In this document: in pieces, positions 37,201 to 49,200 of the stretch | Numbering within the stretch: position 1 is the first letter of the stretch | Layout of the letters: every line of letters begins with the position of its first letter | Source: Callorhinchus milii | Taxonomy: Eukaryota | Assembly: GCF_018977255.1 (NCBI RefSeq) | Contig: NW_024704742.1 | Span: forward strand, 64,792,001 to 64,856,000 | DNA: 64,000 nt | Direction of reading: 5' to 3' | Translations under genes and position numbers: made by a program | The notes under the pieces: generated by a model | What the model saw: only the letters and a program-made list of their open reading frames with translations | Told to the model about the DNA's origin: nothing | The model's database searches: none

Positions 37201-40200
37201 AGTCTAGCAATTACATAGTGCAATACTTATGACTGAAAACAGTGCCAAATGGAAACATGTAGGTTATGGCCAATGTCTCCAACTTTAATCAACGCAATGG
37301 AAATACATTATCAACTTGTTCCCAGCTGCTGCTTGTGTGGTTTCTAACCTTGTGGTGAATTTTCTACTTGAAGGAATCAACTGGAAGAGGTTACAGAGGG
37401 AGGGAACTTACTAGGAGACATTGAACAGTTTATAATGCATTAAGAGTATGTAAACTGTGTCCCTTCATGATGGGAGCTGACTTGTTTCGACTGTGCTTAT
37501 GGTCACCTCCCCCGGCTCGGCATCATGCTCCGCAACTGCCAAGTGCTCTGAGATGCTACCCTGTGTGAGGGGCACATAAATGCAAGTTGTTGTTCTGTCC
37601 TGCAGTTTCCAAAACTGAGCTCTTGATCTACAATGACAATTTACACTTCTATAGTGCCTTTCACATTGGGACAATGTCTCAACTACTTTGCAAAGTCTGA
37701 GAGGGAGCCCGGTGTGGGGGAAGTTGGCTAAAAGAAAATCCCCAGGCTTCACAGATGTGTACAAAGCATCTTTGAAGTTGTTGTTCTACATTTTATACAG
37801 TGCCTTTCGAAAGACATCCAAAAGCGCTTCATAGGATATACTGTAAAGTGCAGTTTTGTATTGGCGAATACAGCTGCCGAATTGCACATTACAGTGTCCC
37901 ACAAACAGCCATGAAGTGAATGCTCAATTTTATTTCTATGTATAACAAGACATGGCTTTTATAGGCAACCACAAAATGTTTCATACGTTTTGCCATCCCA
38001 CAGGCAATGATTGGCGTTGCTTTCTCTCTCGGCTTCACCATTGGGCCCATGATGGGGGCCTACTTTGCTTCAAACGCTGGGAAAGATGAGGCATTCTTCC
38101 TGCAGCCGGCACAGTTGGCATTGATGTTTGCAGTGTCCGACTTGCTCTTCATCTTCTTCTTCCTCCCTGAGACACTCCCCAAACACAAACGGGTAAGAAA
38201 CAAGTGACATGTTCCACTGAGATGCTTTTTTGTAGCAGCAGCCAACAGGGTAATGTGTAGGGAGAAAATTAATAAAATAATTAACATAGATGAATCTAAT
38301 GGTGAAAACTGGAGAATATAGCAAATTACAGGACTGGAGCACATCTTAACAGTATAAGGATACTTATTGTAGTATAAATTGTAGTTGGTGTCAATGGGTA
38401 GTTGTTCAGGCAAATGGGTTACATAGTTGACAATGAAAGAATCACTTTAACATTCATTTCCTCAGAGAGGAGACTTTATGCTACCAACTCACTCTCTAGG
38501 AGCTTGGACTGTAAAAGTCACCCAGACCGTTCTGTTCTCTTGATAAACCATAAGAGTCAGCAACTGAATTAAGACGAAGAAAAACAGAGGAACCAACGGA
38601 GAGCTCTCACAATAAGTTCTTTGGACAGACTTGCTTCTGGTGTCTGATTCAAACTTCAGTAGAACCACTTTATAATGCACTTTGTTGTGACGCAGGTTCA
38701 CTTATTGGGGTGTGGACTCTTGACATTTACTTACCTGAAAAATTCAAACATGTGTTTGCTGGTTCCACCTGTGCTTCAGAACTCCAACCCGTACATTGGA
38801 AGCCAAAATGGCCCATTATCAGGTCATTGGGTTGTCCTGTACAGCATACAGGAAGTGACATTGGTGGCTACCTGATGATTTGGAAGCTGGTTGTTTTGGC
38901 TCCCCACACACTAGTTGGTGTGTTGAAGCGCTAATAGAACCAACACTTTGTAATACACATGCACACTGAATGTTCTCCATTGCTACAATATCCTTGTAAA
39001 TCCTTTGCCGTGTCCTCCAAAGTTTGAGTAGTATTATAATGTGGAAATTCTGAATTGCTGACTGGTCATTGTGTCCCTTTATAACCTTGGTTGGGATTTT
39101 ATAGACTACAACTCCTGCATTATAACAGGGTTCCACTTCTCAAACTTTGGAGGACACAGCAAAAAAATTTGCAAGAATATTGTAGCAATGGAGAAAATAC
39201 AGTGTGGGTTTACTAGGATGTTTACAGGAATGCAAGACCACGCTCTCAGGAAAGATTAGGGCTTTTTCTTTCGAGATGAGATGATCGAGAGAAGACTTGA
39301 TAGAAGTGTTGAAAATTATGAAGAGATTCAATCAGGTAAACGGTTTCCATTTGTTTGCTTGCAAAACTTTAACAAGGGGGCATAAGTATAAAATAACCAG
39401 TAGCAGATCAAAAAGAGAGGAATGTCTTTACACAGAGGGTGGTGGGAATATGGAAATCACTGCCAGAAGCAATGGTTGAAGCAGAAAAGCATTCATGCAT
39501 TTAAAAGGAAACCCAATGCATACATGAGAAAGAACCAAATAGAGAGGTATGGGGGAAGGCTAGGGATGGGGATAGGTAAGGTTGAAGCTCATGTGGAATA
39601 TAAATATCGGCATAGACTAGGTTGGGTTGAATGGCCTGTTTCGATACTGTACATTCTATGTAATTCTGTGCACATAAATATTTTGGATCAAAGGCACTGT
39701 CTCTTTAAAGATTCAAGAAGCAAACATGAAGGTTTGCAAAGAATTACTGTTGTGATAAGAAGCTTCAGTATTTGTGTCTGAAATGTGTCTTTCCAGTGGG
39801 CTTAGTGATAACCTCCACCACTGTTAAGTGCTCCAAGACGCTACCCTACGTGGAGGGCACTATATAAATGTGAGTTGTTTGTTGTCTCTTTCAATGTCTT
39901 GCACAGGTCTCCTCAGTCTTGTCCAGATTTCAGGAAGCCATAGACCTCCTAAGTCCAGTAGCACTCTTTCAATTCTCCGCTGTCCAACGACGACAGAAAG
40001 ACTCTCGCTCTTTAGAAGGTGTGTAAATATCCAGCGTCTCTCCTGCAAGATCTATTTTAAGCCTTTTTTTTATTCCGCCATGTTTCTTGAGGATGTATTT
40101 AAAGCAATAATACAGTACACTATCTGGTTTGAAGTTTGACTCCATGACACTTGAGTAACGCACGATCTTGAACTCATCCAAAGAACTGACTGCTTGCCAA

Positions 40201-43200
40201 ATACTGTACTAACTTTGCTTAAGATCTGTCACTATTGTGCTCAACAGTCAACACCCCATTGCAGTAGAATATTATGAGAATTGTCTAATTCGATTACAAC
40301 TTACATTCTGCTGGTGGAATTGAAGAACCCTCCTTCATGGTAGGATATGAGAAGTTAGCACTTTCAGTTGACAGGAATTAATTAATCAATTAATTGATTG
40401 ATTGGACAGTTATCAGTATCACATCACTATCAGGGCAGATAGTAACTGGGTGGGAGTCTGTTGCTTGTAAGATAGCTGCTCTGCAGAGCACTTCTGTTTG
40501 ATCAATCAAATGAATGCAAAGGCAAATGAAAATTGCCACTGATCTGCTCCTATCTCACTCCTCTGCCCGCCCCTTTAGGTCACCAAGTTACTATGCTCCT
40601 CACCTCAGACATCTCTGCCTCTATACCTCTGCCTTGCCCCCCTCTATCTCTTTTTAAATCCCACCTTAAAACCTACTTCTTTGACTGAGAGGGTCACCTC
40701 CCTCTTCACGCTTGCTAGACATCCAACACCACCATTGTCAAGCGCTCCCAGACATTATCTTATATGAAAGACTCTATAAAAGCAAATTGTTAATGCATCT
40801 GTCCTTAATACAGCTGTCACCAATAAAGATCACCTCTCGCAGTTTTGCCCTTTCCTGTGTATACCGTTTTAAAAGACTTGTTTAAAAATAACCCATGTTA
40901 TTATTAAGTATTGTGGCTTACTCTAGATAAAGATAGAACTAAGATGCAGGTTGCAATTTTCATATTCCCTCAAGTTATATAAAGTTCTTGCAATACCTGG
41001 TTGTACAACGCTGATCTGAGCATAACATTGTCTCTAACTATTTATATGTGTCAGCTTGGCTCACTATCACCTCTGAGTCAGAAAGTCGTAGATTTGCATC
41101 CCACGTTGGGACTGAAACTCACATAGTCTAAGTTGAAACTCCAGGGTAGCACTGGGGGTGTGGTGCCGTTGTTCGGATGAGACGTTAGGTGTATGCTAAA
41201 GATCCCATGACACTATTTGAAAAGAGAAGACCGTTTCTCTCAGTGTCTTGGCCAACAATCCCCCAAATAAAATTGGTCACTCGTTTCATACCTGTTTGTG
41301 GGACATTGCTATGTGCAATTGTGCTGCCGGGTTTGCCTACAAATACACAGTCTATTTCACAGCATGTGATAAGGCTCTAAACCAAATTCAAGAATTATCA
41401 TTATTATATTTCCATTGCTTAGCAAGGGCTGCTTTTGTGTATGGGTCAGCAATATTCAGTGCCTTGCACAAAGTTCTATTTTATTCCCGAAACATTAAGT
41501 TCGCGCCTTTTTAAAAAGAAAAATTGCAAAAGGTTCATTGTCTGTAATAATTACATAATGTCAATGAAATATTGAATGCACTTATGCACTTGTGGCTTGT
41601 TTTTGGATTCATACAGGTGTAAAGAACCTTAAAGTTCTGGGACTGGTGTATTTCCTTTACCTGTTTCTCTTCTCTGGCCTGGAGTACACACTCGGCTTTC
41701 TCACTCATCAGCGATTTCATTTTAACAGGTAAGTGCTACCTATTGGTCTCTGTTATTGAGATATTTTAAGTCACCAGAGAATAATTGTTTTAGTAAAGAG
41801 TAAGTTTAAAAAACACACACACAGGTAAAACCGAAATCCATTGAGAATATTGCTTAATAATAGAAAACATTAATTTTTTTTAACTTGCGTGGAGTCCTGT
41901 AGCTCAGTGGTTAGAGCACTTGCTTTGCAAGTGAGAGACCTGAGTTCAATTCCAGACAGGGCGAAACCTTGGGCAAGTTTCCTTACTCCACACGCCTAAT
42001 AATAATCCCTCCAAAACCCAAAACAATAATAAATCGGTCATTTTCAATCTACGACTGTTTGTGGGACATTGCTGTGCGCAATTAGCTGCTGCGTTCGCCC
42101 ACAAATATACAGTCAATTCACTTTACAGGGTGTTCTGTGAAGCGCTTTGGGACGTCCTCCTGACGTGAAAAGCGCTATATCAAATGAAAGGATCATTATT
42201 ATTATTATTATTATTGCCTAAAGTCTTCAGTTATTCACATTTGTGTTGTATACTGACCCACACTAAACTCCGCACTCCCATCACCTAACCAGGCTCCACA
42301 GGCTCCCTATCATTGAACGGATCGATTTCAAGATTCTCTCACTCGTCTACAAATCCCTTCATGCCCTGGCACCTTCCTACCTTTTCAACCTGCTTTTTCT
42401 CTACTCCACTACCCGCTGCCTCCACTCGGCTGGTCTGGCCTCCTGCTTGACCCTCGTCCCCTTTGCTCCACCATCGGCTACCATGCTTTCAGCCATTATG
42501 GCCTGACGCTTTGGAGCTCTCTCCTTCAATCCCTCCGCCTTGCCCACTCCTCTCTTTTATATCACAACTGAAGACCTTCCTCTTCAACTGTCACCTCCTC
42601 CCTCCCTTTCACTTAGGAGTCAGGCTCCACCACTGTTAAGTGTGCCGAGAAGCTACGCCGTGTGAAGGGCGCTATATAAATGTAAGTTGTTGTTGTCTAG
42701 GCAACACCTTGTGCAACATACTTTTTTGAGACTTATCACCATTTATATTTGCACAGCATGCAGCAGGGCAAAATGTTTTTCTTTGTTGGGATCACAATGG
42801 CAATGATTCAAGGAGGATATGCTCGAAGAATCAAACCCGGAGATGAAATTAAGGTTGTGAAGAGGGTAAGTAAAGGATTCAAAAAGCTGTGCATAGACCA
42901 ACAACGCCAAGGATTTTTCTTATTGAGTGCATCTGTGAGCCAAATAAACCAAAACAATGGTTTTGGTTTAAACAATAGGATAAATCTTGATGTATTGCAT
43001 GGGCTGAAAGAGAAGATCCTGTGGAAATTAAGAGCTTCAACTTCACCTGCCTCCTGAATATAAACTAAAACCGTTCATAAGAGAGATTTGGATGAAGAAG
43101 GCCCTTCAACCCATTTGATCATATTTTTGTTTATATTTAATTTCGACAACAAAATATACCCACTTTACAATATATTCTGTGCAGTGATACGGGAGACTAT

Positions 43201-46200
43201 CAAATGCAAGGATTATTATTATTATTTCCTCTTCCACAATACCAGTCCTACCATCTTGCCATAACAGCATCAAAAGCTGTTTCATTGATGTTATACTTTG
43301 AGAAAGGAAAAAGTTATCCCTCCTTTTACACAACTGCTTGTTTTTCTGGTTCAACCATTGGGTCAGTCCATTTGGCATCATATCTCAACCCTTCCTTTCT
43401 ATAGCCTGTTATAATAGATGGTCCCCAAGTGCCCACTCCTTCAAATGTCTGGTGTGCAACTGGCTGTGGAGCCTGTGCTAATGTCACAGTGGAACACGTG
43501 TATCTTCTTTGAGGATTCTGTAATTAAAATACCTGGCAGAATGTTTCCGGTAGCTTTTGATTGTTGGGTAACTTTTCATTACTTGAACGCTTTGTTCTTT
43601 TGCCAGTTTTTGCTCCCCTCTTTTCTCCTGAAGGCATTGATGTTTTGCTGAGTTATGGTTCCATGACCTCCAATTCTCCAGTACTTCACCCAAGTCCCCA
43701 TTAAAAATAAGCTCGAAGCGCTTCAGAGGATTAGCTGTAAAGTGTGGTGATTGTAGGCACTCTTCATAACTGAGCTCAAACAATGAGTGTTGGCAAACTA
43801 TTGGACCATAAGAGACCATAGCACCCAACCTTGCTCCTGCTCTCACCCAAAATCAACCTACACTTCCTTTCCAGCAGAGGTCACTAGATAGCTAATAACA
43901 GTGGGATCCGTGGCTGACTTTTCACTCCCTTCTCAATAAATATTAATAATAATCCATGGATTTGATAGAAGCAGCTCTGCTTCTACGTTTTTCTGCGTAG
44001 TGAAAGAGTAATAACTGTGTATTTTCTAGGGAAGCAAATAGACGAGACCTTGTTTTAATGTCTCACCCAAAGGGTGGCATCTTCAACAATGTGCTCACCG
44101 AGCACTGCATTGACGTGTTAGCCTAGGCTATGAGCTCAAAGTCTGTCGTGGAGCTTGAACCCAGACCTTTCTTTAAGATCCTTTAAGGCACTTATTCTCA
44201 GCTTCAGCCCGGATAAGGCAAAGGCATATCCCCTGGATCATGCTTTTATCCACCAACCATTCAACTTGAGTCTCAATTTGAGTTCATTTATATGAATGCC
44301 ATTACTCCTCATTGATAAAGTCATCCAGACCTGTAGAATCTGTGAAGCAGCAGTGAGGAGACCTGATTATTTTGTGGCCTTTTCTTCTCAGGCATTTTTC
44401 CTGCTAATTCCAGCTTTTATTCTGATTGGTTGGGCCAAAAGAGTGATCGTCCTCTACATCGGACTATTCCTCTATTCCTTTGGTAAGTTATTTTTCAGAC
44501 ATCCTGTGTTTTCTGGTAAAACTGTACACAAATTGATTCTTATCTAACTAAGTTGTCAGGTTCGATCCCCAGCTATCCTTTCTACCACACATTCCGTTCC
44601 CTGACCAGTCTCCTGCTTATTTCCACCTCCGCCACATTGCACGCCTCCATTGGTACCTCACAACCGATGCAGCTCAAATCCTTGTCCACGCCTTCGTCCC
44701 GACTGGACTATTCCAATCCCCTCTGGCTGGTCTCCCCAGCTCCATCATACACAAAATTCAATTAATTCAAAACTCCGGATAGTCACCGGCACGAAACTCC
44801 ATACCCACATCACACCAGTCCATGCCAGGCTCCACTGGCTCCCAATCACCCAACGGATCGACTTCAAGATCCTCTCACTCATTTTCAAATCACTTCATTC
44901 CCTCGCACCTCCCTACCTCTCTGAACTGCTTACCCCCCACTCCACCACCCACTGCCTCCGCTCGGCTGGCTGCGGCCTCCTGTTTGTCCCTCATGCCCTC
45001 CTTTCCACCGTTGGTGGCTGTGCTCTCAGCTACTACACTCCGAAATTCTGGAACTCCACCCCCTTGATTCCTTTGCCTTGTTCCCTCTCACCCCATTTTC
45101 AAATATCCCCTAAAGACCTTTTTGATTGTGTTTACTGTCAATTCCCCACCACTGACTCTTCCCTTGGCTCTTTGTCAGACTCCGCCACTGTGAAGCGCCC
45201 CAGGATGCTACTCCGCATGAAGGGTGTTATATAAATGCATGTTGTTGTTGTATCAATTTCACCATTCTTTGATACGCCTCAACAAAGTGATGAGGCACTA
45301 TATCAAATGCAAGGATTATTCTTATTATTGTTTCATTGCCTAACTGCTCTATCTTTTACACTGACCTGGGACAATAAATCTTTTGTGGCAAGGTTTGGAT
45401 CCGTTTTCCCCACCTGCCGCCTCAACTCTGCCTCTCATTGCCTCTATTTATTCATTGTAAAACTTCAGCCCTTGGCTTTTACCTTGACTGCAAAGTAATA
45501 TAACAGGCATTAAAGTGAGCAAGCTTGACCCAGTGATTGGTGCGCATGTTGTACCTGGCTGTAACCCAGGTTTTGTTCCTCAGAGAAACATTTACCTCTG
45601 AATCTTTTTTCTCAGCTATTTTCCTCCTATGCCCCCCCCACTCCATCTACCTGTGTGTTTTTAAAGTAATACGTTTTGTACAGAAACATAGAAATACTGT
45701 CCTTTAACTTAAATCCATTCCCTTCCTCAATGGAAACCCCTCTCACCTTGGTTTTCATTTTCCTCATTCCCCGTGACATCTCAGATTATAATCAGCTTCA
45801 ACAGCAGAACCCTGTCTCTACATGGTGTTGTGTAGGAGCACTTGTGTCTTGTTTGCTCTTGTGTTAATGAATAATCTATCTCCTAAACTAGACTATAAAC
45901 AATGAAACCAGTGAAACACAATATTGAACTGTGTGCTGAATAGCCTACTATTGTGCTCCATTTATTGTTACTTATCTGACTGTGCCTTGGGTAAATACTA
46001 GTATAAAGGTGCAGAGGAATAGCAAATAAAACATGGATTTGTTTTATTTTTTTATATGAAAATAGCTAGACAATTACAGTATCTGTAATTTAGTCACTGA
46101 AATGGTTCTGGATTTATATTGGGGCAATTTAGTCAGTTAGTAATACTTGTATTTGATGTAGGTCATTATCAAGTTGAAACGTCTCAAACTGCTTTGATGT

Positions 46201-49200
46201 GAAGTGTTAGTGAAATGCATTAGCGTGAGCCAGGAACAGCCCTGTCTGTCAGTGAATAAGATGATTGGATGAGGGAGGTTAGGACACTGGGGAACTCCCT
46301 GCTCTTCATCAAAACAATGCGATACACCTTTAACATCCACTAGAAAAAGCAGATGGAAATGTGATTTCACGACAGATTTTCAAGGATGGCAGTGTAGTCT
46401 GCCTTCAACTCTGCACCACCTCGTCACCCACCATGATGAGCTTGGACTCTGGTATAGAACACTAACGCAATGTGGAGTCCTGTAGCTCAGTGGTTAGAGC
46501 ACTCGCTTTGCAAGTGAGAGACCTGAGTTCAATTCCAGGCAGAGGGCGAAACCTTGGGCAAGTTTCCTTACTCCACACAGAGCCTAATAATAATCCCTCC
46601 AAAACTAAAAACAATAATAAATTGGTCATTTTCAATCTACGACTGTTTGTGGGACATTGCTGTGCGCAATTGGCTGCCGCGTTCGCCCACAAATATACAG
46701 TCAATTCACTTTACAGTGTGTTCTGTGAAGCGCTTTGGGACGTCCTCCCGACGTGAAAAGCGCTATATCAAATGCAAGGATTATTATTATTATTATTAAT
46801 ACCTTTTGACCCAGAGGCAGTTGACCCAAACTTAAATTTATTAAAATTTGGACAAGTGGAGCTGTTCATTATTAAATATTCCTCTTTTTTTTTCCATTTA
46901 TTGTTTGGGGGGCATGGAATCAGCCATCCACGATCTTAAAAAAAGTTCCAAATGTAAGTAGGCTCATTTCTGGGAGCCACAAGGATCTGGGATTGAACCC
47001 TGGACTGAGGGTACGTTAACCCATCAGATCTGAGGGCTCGTGGATTGACATGATATCCATCGTTTTTCTGGAGGAAATGTCCCAAGGCCACTGCTGCCTA
47101 TTAAGCCTTCATAGAAGCAGACATCGTCAATACAGGAGGCCTTTCATCCCAGCATTAACATCCCAGAATATACAGTCAATTCACTTCACAGTATATCCTG
47201 TGAAGCGCTTTGAGACGTCTCAAAGACATGATAAGGCGCTATATCAAATGCAAGGATTATTATTATCAAGGGACGTGCTGACAGCTTTTTTTTGTATATA
47301 TAGTATTGACATGCTGCTTTATTTGTTGTAGCTGCTGCTGTAGTTGTCCCGTGCCTGTCCACACTCGTGTCAGCGTTCGGTAAGTCTGATAATGTCTGGA
47401 TACTTTTGACAGGTGAAAATGTACAATTTTCACTTGATTTGTATTCTAAATGTTGTAGAATTGCCAGATATGTTTGAACTGTAAACAGCCGAGGATGTAC
47501 CTGCTTCCCTGCTACTCGTATCCACTGCAGAGAAGTACAAACTGGGAGATCTCTTCCTCTGCTCTGACTTTAAAATTAACGATTGATAATGTGTTGGATT
47601 CTCTCAGTAAATGAGCCTCTGCATTGATTGGAGCGAGATATGATTTCAGTGTATTTACTGTTCAGCACTGACTCAGGGTGGTGCTTCAGCAGTGACTGCC
47701 ATTTGAGACCTTGTGGACTGACTTTCCTGGCTCGACTGTGCTGTTGTCACAGAGCTTGGTAGTTTATATACAATGCTTCAGTGATTAGAGTTGGGGCTTC
47801 TCGAGTCAGGAGGACAAAACCAGTATCCTGTTTATATTAACAAATTTAAAATATGCACTTCTCGAAATAACTTTAAAACATTTAATGGACACACAGATAT
47901 ATGTTGATGACACCCCCAAGCCTTAACTTAAGTCGGAGTCGTCATACATAAAATACTGTCACTTATGGTTTGAGCAGAGGAGTGAGCTGGTACTCTCACA
48001 CTCACACAATACACATTCTTACGGACAATGAGTTTTCGTGTAAAATAGGCCTCCTTCAGACAGTAACATCCTTTAACATTTCCTGCTACCTGTGGGGTGT
48101 AAATGACTCAAACAATACCTTGCAAACACAAAGACAACATACTAACGGTCTTCATTCAAATGAATTTGCAGGTTCCCTGGCCATGACATCACCACCACCA
48201 CGCTGTCAATGGTAGTTATTGAATGTGGGTGGGCACTTCCTCTTTAATGAGGATGGTGGAGCCTCTGATGCTTTCACAGGCAACATTGACACAAACCCCG
48301 AAGCAGATTGTCTGCTCGTTCTGCAGACAAGGCTGTGGAAAAAGGCTTAGGAGACCTTAAAAGATAAATAGGAGAAAACGTATAAATCCTCCCTCCAAAA
48401 ACGTGATCGTACTACCCCGCAGTCAACAATATGATCTTTTCAAAAAAAGTTTCTTCATTTTATTCAGCGTAATTTGACATGGTATAAAATGTACATGTTC
48501 AATGAACATTCAGCTTGACATTTAACTTGCATTGTTGGGGAGGGTGGAAACATAATTACCAAACCAGGGGTTTGTGCATTAAAGCACCTGCCTCTGAAAT
48601 GCCAATTGGCATAGCCATAGAAACTCACATGAGGGAGTGTGCTACACATTCACCTACAACACAGGATTACTGTCTGAATGTTCTTGAAAATGTTGCGGAT
48701 TAATGTAGTAAGCAGGAGTAAACCATTGGTCTACAAAATACACAGTCACTGTACTATGCTCCTGCTGTTAGGAATTCTCTCCCAGTTTCCCATTGTCTTG
48801 TAACTCCTCTCCCTGCCTTCAAAACACTTTTAAAAACTTTTTAAAAGTTTTGACCTTGGCTTTGGTCAGTTCTCCCCATCTTTCTCCTTGGTAAGCCACA
48901 TTGCTTCAAGACATTCATCCAGAAGGAAAGGAGCTACGTGATGACATGTTTTTGTTGTTGTTGCTATACTTCATGAGGCTGCTCTTTATTCAGGTGGAGC
49001 CGATCAGAAAGGAACCACAATGGGAATTCTTCGCAGTTTGGGAGCTCTGGCACGAGCTCTAGGACCAATTGTCGCAGCGACTGGTAAGCATGAAGTTAAG
49101 GAAAAGTCTGTGCTGAAATCAGTGCTCTGAGCCAGTACCCCATGTGACGGCGCTGTATAAATGCAGGTTGTTGTATGCAGAGGTTTTTAAAATTGGTCAT

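Noticed and set aside
41891..41965. tRNA-Ala(TGC)-like gene (also at 7770, 46474 and 20950)
   Set aside because: The acceptor stem is imperfect and the sequence runs straight into the SINE body and tail; it is a SINE head, not a functional tRNA.
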